From positions 25,132,534 through 25,196,533 of the forward strand of contig CM120644.1 in NCBI GenBank assembly GCA_051362555.1: DNA of 64,000 bases, written 5' to 3'. A program made the position numbers and the translations under genes. Source of the stretch: Lingula anatina. Its lineage: Eukaryota > Animalia > Brachiopoda. Shown here one piece after another: positions 1-11,635 of this stretch. The notes beneath the pieces are model-generated. The model was given only the letters and a program-made list of their open reading frames with translations. It was not told the DNA's origin and did not search any database. Position 1 is the stretch's first letter. Each line of letters opens with the position of its first letter.

Positions 1-700
1 CTGTATTACACAGTACATGATAACATGTTTACCGTCATATTTATATAATCAACTAGCAATGTTGTTAAGATGCAGAAAATTTCAGACAAACACTAACATA
101 TTTACATATCTAGTTAGTTCAATAACCAAACTGTCAACATGCCTGACAATCAAATCTGAGGAAAACCACTTATATATATCAAAACAAGGCACAACTTCCA
201 CAAAACTCAACCAATCAATCCTATTTTCAAACTTGATTTGTATATTGGTAACATTGATCACTCCTGTGAGTTTAATGACAACAGGCCTATCGGTTCTCCC
301 TGAAATGTGCTTACAGTGTTACTTATATGCTGAAAATGGCAGAAAAAAAACAGCATAACTTTTGACAAAAAATGGCCCGGATATGCCGATTTTTGATCTT
401 GACAACCCTTTTACTAATAATCATCAGTTCTGTGAGTTTCATGACAATAGACCTATTGCTTCTCCTTGAACTGTGTTTACAGTGTTGCATGTATGCTGAA
501 AAAAGCAAAAACAACAGCAAATTTTCTGAAAAAAAAAGCAGCCCATTATGAAGATTTTCAAACTTGACCTGCGTTTAACTAATATTCATCAGTTCTGTGA
601 GTTTCATGAAAATAGACCTATCGGTTCTCTTTAAAATGTTGCATCGCATATAATATTATGCTGAGAAAAGGGAAAAACAGCAACTTTGTAAAATTGGCCA
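1..700 (-). mobile_element. Fragment of a satellite-bearing Helentron/HINE-like element, same family as 17083-17800 in opposite orientation
   Basis: About three degenerate ~160-170-bp units. The reverse complement of 1-115 matches ~17700-17805. Confidence 0.6.
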
Positions 701-1155
701 GATCACACTGATTACGTTGATTGCAATTTATATAGCATTCCTTCTGGGAGAGATCGATCCGTAGTTAGTACGATAGGATCTGGGAACGGTCCCTTAATCG
801 TTTTTGCCGTGTGCATATCCGAACTGTAGGCCTATATATCAGGACGCGTAATTGTCGGGGCGTCTTTTTTTTTTTCTTTTTTTATTTCACAAAGCGGTTC
901 TTGCAAATGCGGTGTTTATGAATATGTGTGCTCTATGTTAGCGACATGGACCGACAGGGGCCCATTCAAAATATAATTTCACTTCAGTTGTTAGATTTAG
1001 TATTTATTCTAGCAGCCAGGTGTATAACAAACAGGTCAGATCTACAGGTGAAAAGAAGTGACTGTAGTTCGCAGAGCCATTATGTAATAATAAATGTTTC
1101 ATAATGTCATAGCCTTCTTCAAACTGTCAGGGGTAGATTAATTCATAGTTAGCTA

Positions 1156-1368
1156 AGGGGCCCTTTACACTGGACGGCGTCCTTTCTGCGTCCTGTAGTA
1201 CGGATCCATTTGAGAGTACAAAATTATAATACTTAACTTTCTGACAACTGGCCAATCACCAAATATTCATTTTTTTCAACCAAAGCAATGCTTGTACCTC
1301 CTTTCTACGACCACAGTGATGCCAGTTTCTTGGTCGCACAAAGGACGCCGCCCCAGTGTAAAGGGGGT
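1156..1368. mobile_element. MITE (PIF/Harbinger-like termini)
   Basis: TIRs CCCTTTACACTGGACGGCGTCCTTT / AAAGGACGCCGCCCCAGTGTAAAGGG. Confidence 0.65.
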
Positions 1369-1397
1369 TTACGGACGATCCATTTACCCTTTTCATT

Positions 1398-4300
1398 TAC
1401 TCTGAAGTATCGAATAAAAGAACTGATGGAATAAAAGTACTGGGTGGAAAAAATCTCAAAATTTAATAAAAGTACTGATGGAATAAAAGTACTGGGTGTA
1501 AAAAATCTCGAAATTTAATAAAAGTACTAGATGGAATAAAAGTACTGGGTGGAAAAAACCTTTGCACCACACCCCCCCCCCAAAAAAAAAAAAAATGAAA
1601 TAAATAATTATAAATAAAAGTAAAGAAGAAGAAGAGAAAGAAAAAAGCTAGCTATTGATCATTGTAAAAAAAAAAAATTCACCAGGTAAAATTCACTCAG
1701 TATTATAATTTATCTTCAGTCATTCTTTGCTAGTGGTGCACTGCAGGGGGGCCATAACAAGAATGTTATTTAAATTTAGATAGCCAACCAAATTCTCATG
1801 ACATCGTTGTGTATGTTTCAATAACAAATCAAAGAAGCTGCATGAGCAAGGAGGATGTTGTTATAAAAGCAAAAAAATAGAAAAAGCAGAAAATATATCG
1901 AAATAACCCTCAAAATGGCGTCCTTTTTTGTGGAATTTTGACCCTACCTCTATTTAAGAACAGTTTGTTTAGGGTTTGAATGGATTATTGAAGCAGGAAA
2001 TACATCTACTGCAAGAAGATATAATAAACAGAATGTGCAAATTGTTATTTAAATAAAAATTTATTTGAAGTCACTGAAAAATGATCACAAAATTAGCTTA
2101 ACTTACGATACATGCGGTGTCCCACCCCGATGAAAATTTCATCTAATCCTATCTTTCCGTATTAAAACTGTTCAATCGTCCAAAGTAGTATGTCGGTTAG
2201 TTTGTGTCACGAAATCCAAGATAATATCAGTTTTCTTAAGAATTTCACATTTATTGCTCAGCAAGGTCGATTTTTCTTCACCGCGTCCCAATATAACGTT
2301 CGCAACGCTGAAACTTCAGAGATCGATTTTTATCAGACGACTTTAAAATGCCGCGTGAAAATTATACATCGATAGCGATCTTCTTCCATACTCACTAACT
2401 GATGACGTCTTACACACGAATGGCTTCTTTTGCACACTAAAAAAACCAGCTCAAACTGGCGGGTGGCCCATTCTGATAACGCATAACGCAATGACGCTGT
2501 CGAGATAGGATGCAGGGCACAGGTGTAATTCCCTCGATTTAACCGTCACAGGATTGTTTATTGGGATCTTCTTTGTATGAAGGTGAGAAATAATGAGTTT
2601 CGTTTCATTTTTCTTCAATTGTTTCAACATATTTGTGTACCGATTGATTTTTACCATTCTATAAGTAGGGTGACTTCGTCTGAACTTTCGTTTTGCATCT
2701 GTTTCACATGGGGGACTAAAGGTCATATTGAACATGGTGACGCGGTGATACCGTATTCATGTTCTCTTGTTCTCGAAAACTCAATCATCGAAATTGAATT
2801 ACTTTTTTTAGTTTTGTCTTAAATTAAGCTGCTACACTGTATTCCGTGCGTTTAAAATTTAACCGTCTGTAAAAACAGCAATAATGGATTACTAGCAACA
2901 CTTACGTTACGCAATGAAGCACCGAAAATGGGTGAAGAAAATGTGTCTCAGTAATGCGTGTTTGCCACTCATAATGCACTGTACTTTGTTTGAATAAGCA
3001 ATAAACTATTTGTGATCTTAGGTTATCCATTGTTCGTTATCAGAGTTAACAGATTCTTTGTGTGAATTTTTTTCAGAATCCCAAGAGTGGATGCCTTAGT
3101 GAGCACAGACCAGATATCACCATTGGTCTACATATGTCAGGAAGAATGTTATAATTATGAACTTTGTGTTACACTGAACTTCATTTTGTTAAATTTTGTA
3201 TTTAACTGAACTTTATTGTGTTAAAATAATAATAAAAAAATAATAGTTCTGATAAAAAACTACAATCTGGAACATTCTTTAGATCAACTTTGTTCAGTGT
3301 GTGTCCCATATGACAGAGTTACAGTAAATAAAATATGTGCATTATTCCTCTGTGTTTGTCAATTCCATTTTAAAAGCATGTGAAAGTGGTGTGCCCCTCA
3401 TGAATGAAGTGTGTATGGATAATAGCAAAAATATTGTTATTATTTACATGATTATAAAAAGTTTTTGTACCCGCGTCAATAACGTTACCGTGACCCACAT
3501 ATTCACCATTTTTATTAATTATGAAATGTGGATTAAATTCTTCAAAACCAGTTTTGAAGCATTGAGACAACACCCCCTTATGATTTAAACTAAAACTGAA
3601 AACATTCCATTAGACTTTCATTAGTTTGTGCAAAATATATTACCCAGGGTAACGCGTCTTGGATTTGGTGGGTATAGCTGTTCAACTGTCCTGTGTGCCC
3701 TAAAAAGGGCAGCTGCTGTTTCCCTTTTTATGAAATGATAAACTGTGATGGTGTAGCTATCACATCGCAAAATTACAGCTTCCCAGAGAAAGTTTGAAAT
3801 TTTCGGTCAAATTCAACATTTTGTAACCACTAGCAAAGAATGACAGATATATATATATATTTGCCATGAGTTAAATTTCATAATCGTCAGGGGCCGAAGA
3901 CCCAGATATGTCGCACCTAAGCCGCCTCCGAGAGCCATACGGAGACGTTATTCATAGTAAATTTATTCTCAGATATAAGGTTCGTTTTGCATACCTGTAA
4001 ACTCCTAAGGGTTTATCTTACATAGAAATGTGATTTAACATCGTTTAAATCATATATCGGCATGAAATAATTGACGTTTGAAAACAGGCACAACTTCTTT
4101 GCTGCACTTGAAATGACCTCCTTAGCTATAAATATGATCCTATCACCTTGCGACATTGCATCATTCGATCGATGTACATGAGTAGTTGTCACTGTTGAAG
4201 GGAAAGCACGTCTATTTATAGGAACTAAAATCAGGTGACGCATGTACTGTTGTGTTCAGAGAGCGACTTCCGCTTGACCTACTTTCCAGTGCTGTTGGTA

Positions 4301-4542
4301 GAACAGTCGGTAATGAGTTGAGATCTCAATTTTCTTCTCATTATACTTCAATTTAAGAAAATAAAAAGCGTGACTTGTACTTGTGTAATTTCCCACCGGT
4401 ACAATATGTATTTAATAAACATACCGGGTGGAAGATTTTTGAAAAATTAATAAGCGTACTGGGTGAAAATGGAGCGTACCGGCGGGAAGAAATTTGGAAA
4501 ATTAATTAACGTACCGGTACGTTTATTTGATACTTCAGAGTA
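1398..4542. mobile_element. Non-autonomous TA-flanked DNA transposon (Tc1/mariner-like) carrying a nested element
   Basis: TA-CTCTGAAGTATCGAATAAA ... TTTATTTGATACTTCAGAG-TA, with subterminal AATAAAAGTACTGGGTGG-type repeats near both ends. Confidence 0.7.
1717..3846. mobile_element. ~2.1-kb TIR element nested in 1398-4542, superfamily undetermined
   Basis: 19-bp perfect TIR GTCATTCTTTGCTAGTGGT (1719) / ACCACTAGCAAAGAATGAC (3826-3844); no intact transposase ORF. Confidence 0.7.
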
Positions 4543-4803
4543 ATTCTTGCACCCTCAAAAGATTGTCGGTCCTAAGATCTACCGAGTGAGCCACAAATTC
4601 AGACAGTTCTTCTTTATTTAAACCACACCAAGTCAGTTGTACTAATAAAGAAGCGTGCCGTAATATGTAGGTGCGATGATAGTTATGTAGTTACGTAACG
4701 GCCTAGGAGAGCTTAATTTGATAAAAAAGACCTTTAGTTTAAAAATATGAACTTACTGAATATATAGACATCTGAGATATAACATTAGTTTCAGTTTAGT
4801 CTG

Positions 4804-5108
4804 CCCTTTACAGCACAACCGAGGACGCGGAATTTGGTCCGCCCTTAACAGCACAACCGAGGACGCGTGTGTATAGCCCGATTTCAGACAAAAAGTTGGA
4901 CAGTATTTCTGATACACTCGTGGCGGGAATTTGGCCCGCGCTATACAGCATAACCGAGGACTGGCTCAGAATAGCGTCAAATTTCACCACCTAACTTGAA
5001 ATGGGCCCCTTTATGCATTCCACTGCTTATGTCAACCGAGGACGTCCTCGGTTGGAGGTGTGTCCTCGGTTAGTGGGTTTCGGGCGGGTGTGTGTCCTCG
5101 GTTAGAAT
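4804..5108. mobile_element. MITE-like element with AACCGAGGAC subterminal repeats
   Basis: AACCGAGGAC x4 on the left and the inverted GTCCTCGGTT x3 on the right; exact termini unclear. Confidence 0.5.
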
Positions 5109-5124
5109 GCGTGCACAAGAGCAC

Positions 5125-5425
5125 ACATACACACACACACACACACACACTCACCAACACAGACATAACAGTCTGACAGTACACATACACACACACTCAC
5201 CAACACAGACATAACAGTCTGACAGTACACATACACACACATACTCACCAACACAGACATAACAGTCTGACAGTACACATACACACACACACTCACCAAC
5301 ACAGACATAACAGTCTGACAGTACACATACACACACACTCACCAACACAGACATAACAGTCTGACAGTACACATACACACACACTCACCAACACAGACAT
5401 AACAGTCTGACAGTACACATACACC
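5125..5425. repeat. 46-48-bp minisatellite x6 with CA microsatellite, 3' of the CDCA7 stop codon
   Basis: CACACACACTCACCAACACAGACATAACAGTCTGACAGTACACATAC units. Confidence 0.9.
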
Positions 5426-5630
5426 TTTCCCTGCCCTGAAATCTTTATCCTGTTTTTGTTAAGTTTTTAAGGACTGTATTAGTCATTTATGAAAGGTTGA
5501 TATCCATGGTGAAAAATTTCCTCTTCCGTCTGTGGCCTTCTGCTGTGTCTCCATTTAATGTCCACAACTGGTCAACACTGTCCACTAGAATATAGCTGTC
5601 CACTGCTGGTCAATATTGCTCTCTCTTTCT

Positions 5631-8600
5631 TCAGTTTTTCTTGAAACTGCAAAAGATAATGTTTGATTTAAATTTCAGAGCTTGACAAAAATTAAAAAAT
5701 AGAGTAATAGTTTAATACTATATTTAACGAAGTTACAGCTTCCCAAATAAAACAGAAATAGTCTATCATTTAATAATTTACATCATGGATTTGGCAAATA
5801 TGTCATATTGACACGAGAGCCCAAGCAACACCTACCTATTAAGATAGGAGTTCACATCAGGGAAACCATGCTCTCGGGCGATGTGGATGAGAATGCCAGT
5901 CGCACCACGGCCATTTTTCTTGCGGCAAAAACTGCAGTTGCATATTCCACGACAGGGAGGGCAGCTCCAAGCCTGGGGGTGAAAACAGGGCAGAGAATAC
6001 TGATTAAGTTGAACCAGGAAATATGAAATCTTCAGGAACTAATTCAAAACTTTTTGGCTCAGACATGGAGCCTGGACTTGGAAACAATTTTGTGATGGTT
6101 ACTAAAGAAGTAAGAGATAACTGACCCTCCAAACAAACAAACTTTTTACTGAAAACTGTATAAAAAGCTTTGAAAATTTCAGAGCCAGACACATTCAGTT
6201 ACTTACAGGATCTTTAAGAGCTTCCTTGGCATCCTCTCCGTACCTATTCCTTAGACATGGGCCACAGAACTGAAATTAAACACAAAGCACTTTACATATG
6301 GATGTAATATACTGTAGGATGCTCTACTGATGCTCTCCGGATGATCTATGAGAGAAGTAGCCAGTCTGTTCTTAAGGGATTTTGTGTAGATTGGTTCATA
6401 TTTATAAGTCTCCTTTGAAAAAAAAATATCTACATGTTTATCCTTCATACCTGTCCCCGCACCCCAAAACACTCTTTACTTCTACATGAGGTCTTCATGT
6501 CGCTGGTCTTCTGCCTGCATTGATGACATGAGGTCCCCTGAGATGAAAAGCATTATAATATAATATAATATAATATAATATAATATAATATAATATAATA
6601 TAATATAATATAATATAATATAATAGAAGTAATAACACAGTAGTTCCATGGCACATGTCCTCTACCTCTACTGTTGACATGAAGTGCTTTACTTGAGAAG
6701 ACAGTTATAAAATGTTATAAGATGGATGGAGCAAGAAAAGGTTCACCATAAATTAACCACACCAGAAATATGAACATTTTAGATAAAATACAACAACTAC
6801 CTAATGTTTTCTACATGGTAATCCTCCACAACAACAGTAATTTCCTGAACAACTCATATATGTTATTTCTCCAGTACCTTCTCCTTGCAATGAGTATGTA
6901 ATTGTGATCACCAGTCTCAACTAGCACAATTTCTCTTTAACTGTTAAAAACATTTCCATGCATGTCTGACTTGAATAAAACCAGGGCCTTTTTAAAACAA
7001 AATCCTTACAATGTGTCACAAGGACAACATTTTGAAAACAATCCTTCCCTTCACTTCCAGATGCACTCACCTCGGCACTGTCGTATCTTTTCTCAGAAAC
7101 GTGCGTTGCCACAAGTTCTAGGTCTTCCTCAGTGACTTCGTCCGCTGGTTTGATGTACCTCACACCAGATGGCGCACGTGGCTTTCTCTTGGACGGAGTA
7201 AGACGAGTGTATTCTTCCTGAAAATATAACCAAATTAATGGGATATCAACTGTTCATGTAAGCTTCATATTTCACAATTAGTACATTGTATACAAGTTTT
7301 ACAACACAGAGAAATATAATTTATTCCATTTTACCACCAAAACAGGGCTTATCCCAATTATTATTGAACCTGTGCTTGCCATCAGACCATAAGCACCTTC
7401 ATAGATGGCTATACCTTTTGTTATAATCTCTTTACCTAACTTTTAACAAAAATACATAGACTTTCTTTGAATGTTGGCACGAATACATTACCCACTGGTA
7501 AGTATGGAGGAATTATAGTTTACCACAGGAAAATCCTTTTTTTTTATCAAAACAAACAGTTGTTATCCCTGTCAGATTGCTGCTGGCCACAATACACTGG
7601 TTAATTTTAAATGATTTTCTTTTCTATTCAGAAGATTACCACTGAACATATCTGAAGGTGTGATTACTGCCTACTCACAATAGGTGTATTGTATATAAAC
7701 CCAACTCCTCTCCTCCTACCTCTTCTTCTTCTTCTTCTTCCTCCCATGATTCCACTGAGTAACTGTCATCATCATCGCTGTCTTCAGTCTTCCGCTTCTT
7801 GTTGAAGAAAGCGCCAAACTTCACCACTAGTTTCTAGTAGTACACAAAGATCATGGAGAATTAAGTGATTTACTTTGTATTTCAAGTCAAAGACAGCACT
7901 ATTCTAAAGCTAGTGTATGAACGTTAAAGGACAGAATTATTCAAAAGATTAAATTCATTTCACGGTGCTTTCTGAAGTAATCTACTTGTAGAAACCATCC
8001 GTTTCCATACATGTTTTTAAAAATATTTATTACAGTGTGAAAGTGCAAGTAGTATAAATTTTGTGGCAAGGCACCATGACAGATTCAATCTTTAAAAAAA
8101 AAAAGTCCACTTTAATTTAGTGAAATCTGAATCACAGCCATTTATTGTTAGTTTGCTCATTAGTGTCATATTTAAATCAACAGTTCCTATCTATGAGGAC
8201 AGCTGTGAACTCACCCCAGGACTTTGAACTGGTGTAGAAGCATTGCTGCTCCCGCTGTGACAACTAGAGCTGACAGAACTCCTGCGATGGCGCGTGCGCG
8301 GAGGACTGTAGTCCATTGGAGTGTACCTGGCACGTCTTGACGGGTTGCGTCGCATCACCTGACCTCCTGATGGACGACGGTCTTTACTAACATGAGATCT
8401 CTGCAGACAAATATAAATATTATAATAGTAATATAAAATAAATATAATAATAGTAAGATAAAAGTTGGCATGTTTCTATAGGTTTTTTGGTCTTACTAAT
8501 TCTGGAAGTAACTTCAATTCTGTGCTTAAGAAAAGTAGTTTGCTGTCTGCCATCTGTATTTTTATAATATTAAATATTTGAATTATAATACAATATAATT

Positions 8601-9126
8601 AAATATTATAATTTAAATATTTAAATATTATATTATTCTTGGTATAATATAATATTTAAATATTATATTAAACCAAGAATACTGAAAATATTTTCAAGTG
8701 AAAATATTTGAGTTAACAGCAGCTAGACAAATTTTAACATCTTATTTGAAAAAAGAAATAATAATAATAATAGTCATAACAAATTCATGTTACATCTTAA
8801 TCATCTGTGAAAATAAAACCCAAATTCATATTTGTCAAATGAACTGCAGAAAACTGTCCTAAGAAGCAGTGAGGAGAATATTTCTGAGCTCTTTATAAAA
8901 TATGACCTATCAGGTGACCAACTCACTTTAGGAGGAGACTGGAGCGAAACTGGCATCATTTCCTTCAGGTCTGCCATCATCTTAGCCAGCTGAAAGACAT
9001 GACATGACATGACATGACATGACATTACATTACATTACATCATATTATATTACTGTGGAGCAGATTCCAACAAAGAAATCAGATGGTGCAATATCCATCT
9101 TATCAAACATGTCTTATCCAAAAAAA

Positions 9127-9174
<48 letters not shown>

Positions 9175-9629
9175 AATAAATATATAAATGATAAATAAAT
9201 AAAAAAATAAAGAAAATCATTATTCCATTTTTATTCAGTTTCAAAATATTCACTCTGCTATACAACAATGTCAGATGTTTTAAAATGAGTCAAAAGGCAC
9301 CTAGTCTGATGAAATCTTGTTGACGGTGGATATTTTCAGTCAATTTTAATAAAGGATCGAATTACAGAAAATTAATTGAAAAACAATATAAACTGTAAGC
9401 TATAGTCACCTAGATCTGCTTTAATATCTTTGTTAAAAAAAGAAAGGAAAAAAAAAAAACAGAAGGCAAATACACAAACAAAATTTTCAACATTTTTCTT
9501 AGGTCCACCATCTCTGTGACAAATTAAAAAAATTGAATCAAAATGCTTTAGCAGACTCACCACTGCCTTGTTGTCTTCAATGTTTTTCAGTCGGCGCTTT
9601 TCATATTCACTTTTCTCCTTAGGTGCCAT
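5631..9629 (-). CDS. CDCA7: Cell division cycle-associated protein 7 (CDCA7/CDCA7L family, zf-4CXXC_R1), 9 coding exons, ~293 aa
   Basis: Exons 9629-9561, 8989-8927, 8400-8215, 7833-7720, 7217-7071, 6537-6451, 6269-6207, 5972-5836, 5646-5631 (TGA); all GT-AG and phase-consistent. Translation includes [41 protein letters not shown] and the zinc finger [11 protein letters not shown]...[25 protein letters not shown]...[30 protein letters not shown] probable non-coding first exon has its donor at ~10281. Confidence 0.93.
6554..6623. repeat. (TAATA)n microsatellite beside a CDCA7 acceptor
   Basis: Pentamer array seen directly. Other microsatellites: ~8996-9045 (GACAT/ATTAC), 9125-9180 (AAAT), 11600-11640 (GT), 19476-19542 and 41891-41938 (TA). 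Confidence 0.9.
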
Positions 9630-9914
9630 TGTAAACAACTCTCACTTTGAAAATTAATCAGATAAATATTTAAAATAAACAGTAGAGATCACCATTTATC
9701 TTTTGGTAAGTTTTCTTTTTTTAAACAAATTCATTCTTAAATAAATAAAATTTAATTTTCATAAAATATTTCTAAAATACAAGATGACATGAATAAATTT
9801 TTAGAAGATTTAGGAGGAGATAGGTTAAAAACATTTTCCACGGCTATCAAAAAGTAAGTGACACACCGTCATTCAAATTAGGTGTCACCAGTGATGAGCG
9901 AGAAGAGGTCGTCC

Positions 9915-10510
9915 TATTTTTCCCGCCATTGTCGGCCCATGTGATAATTTTCCCGCCAGAGTAAAAACTAATGGTCAATATTATTTCTGGGAAAACCTGT
10001 ATTATGATTGACTATTTGTAGGTTTGATTTTGAAAATGGTTGCTTTTATTTTAGAGGTATCGTCAGATCAAGCTCAGCAACTCAAAGCCACAAAACCTTA
10101 CTACTCAGCAAGCCAAGAGATCACGTCGACTGCATTCCACGACAAAAGATAGCGACAGTCAGCAAATCAAATATTTCTCAAATATTACATTTTAAAATCT
10201 TGCCCAAATGCACCTAAATACCACAAATAACCCATATGACACATATAATTTCGCACTACAAAAATCGCAAGTAAAACTCACCAAGAAATCTGACAAAATA
10301 CTCCGGATAGCAACAGACTTCTAGCTTCTTTTCGCGGCCTTTAAATCTTCCCGTGATGCATCACACTGTCAACATCCGGTGGATGACTTCCGTTTCCGTT
10401 CTGTGATAACATGTGTGCGGCGTAGCACAAACCTGACATAATTTCACGTATGTTACGTAGATTATTGCGGCAAACCAGTTTAGCGGTGTGTGAGATATCT
10501 AAGCGAACAA
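9915..10510. promoter_or_regulatory. Bidirectional CDCA7/PNPO promoter region
   Basis: The probable CDCA7 first-exon donor (~10281) lies ~230 bp from the PNPO ATG (10510). The region is locally CpG-rich, with ETS-like ACTTCCGTTTCCG (~10386) and E2F-like TTTCCCGCC (9919, 9949) and TTTCGCGG (10330). Confidence 0.6.
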
Positions 10511-11581
10511 TGGCAGACAAAGTACTCGATGTTTCTGGTAGGTACAGGACGCTGTTTGTGAAATGTGAACTTTACAAATTGCAGAATGCACTGCAGCCAT
10601 CAATGTTGATTACCAGGGACCTAAAATGAAGGCGGAAAATATTGGTGCTGGTGACTAAGTGATGGTGTTTGTTCTGACTGTGCTACACACTTGTACTGAT
10701 GTACAGTACAACAAAGTTTAATTGCAAAGCACAGCAAACTGTAATTACTCGGGGCAATATGACAACTACCACTGGTCAGTTAGCCTTAGATGACATTGTT
10801 AGGTATTATCAGAAAATTTTCCAAACTGATCAGAAAATTATAATACTTATATCATCTGAAAGGTAATGCAAAAAACCGGATGAAATCATTTGGAATTTTT
10901 TAAAATATTCCTACAAGCAACAAAGATATTGAAGTTTTTTAACTGCAAAAAATCACCAAATGTGCCCACACTCTTCAGCTAAAAACCTGTCACTACTGAC
11001 CAGCGGTGATCACTCAGCTGTAGCTGCAGCTCAATTTCTTGTGACCAATTAGGGCAATTAGGGCTCTATGTTAATCTAATGACCCGGAATCAAACCCAAA
11101 GTGGCGACCGCACAAGCACATGGCTGGGATGGCTTCCGTGCAGATCATGTACAATAAATATTGCACATCAAATAAACTATACTTCACATATGGTTTAATT
11201 TTCATGATTTTTCTAGATAATATTGCAAATTTCATAAACTTTATTCATTATAAATTTCAAAAAATTCCAACTAGTACTTAACTGACATTTTTGAGCATTT
11301 TGTCGAGGCAAAACTTCAAACGCCCTGAACTGAAACTTCTCAAAGACTGCAACACGGGAAAATCACGTGACCGGATTTTACTCTTTGATTTACAGCTTAT
11401 TTAGTTAATGGCTTGTATTATTTTTTTTACGCGGCGCTGAAAGAGAGATATAAAAAAGGGGTGCCATAGGCGAGCTGTCAGCAGGCCGATATCAGTTTTA
11501 CACTTCACTGCCCCTGGATAGTTACTACTGTAGAGCCCCAAGCGGATTGTGATATACCTATCATTGTTTTTAGATATACTG

Positions 11582-11635
<54 letters not shown>

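Noticed and set aside
5102-5384. Cys/Val-rich ORFs
   Set aside because: Translations of the CA-rich minisatellite.
7679-7719. Alternative longer CDCA7 exon using the GTGAGT donor at 7678
   Set aside because: It would end in phase 2 and frameshift before the zinc finger; the phase-0 donor at 7719 fits.
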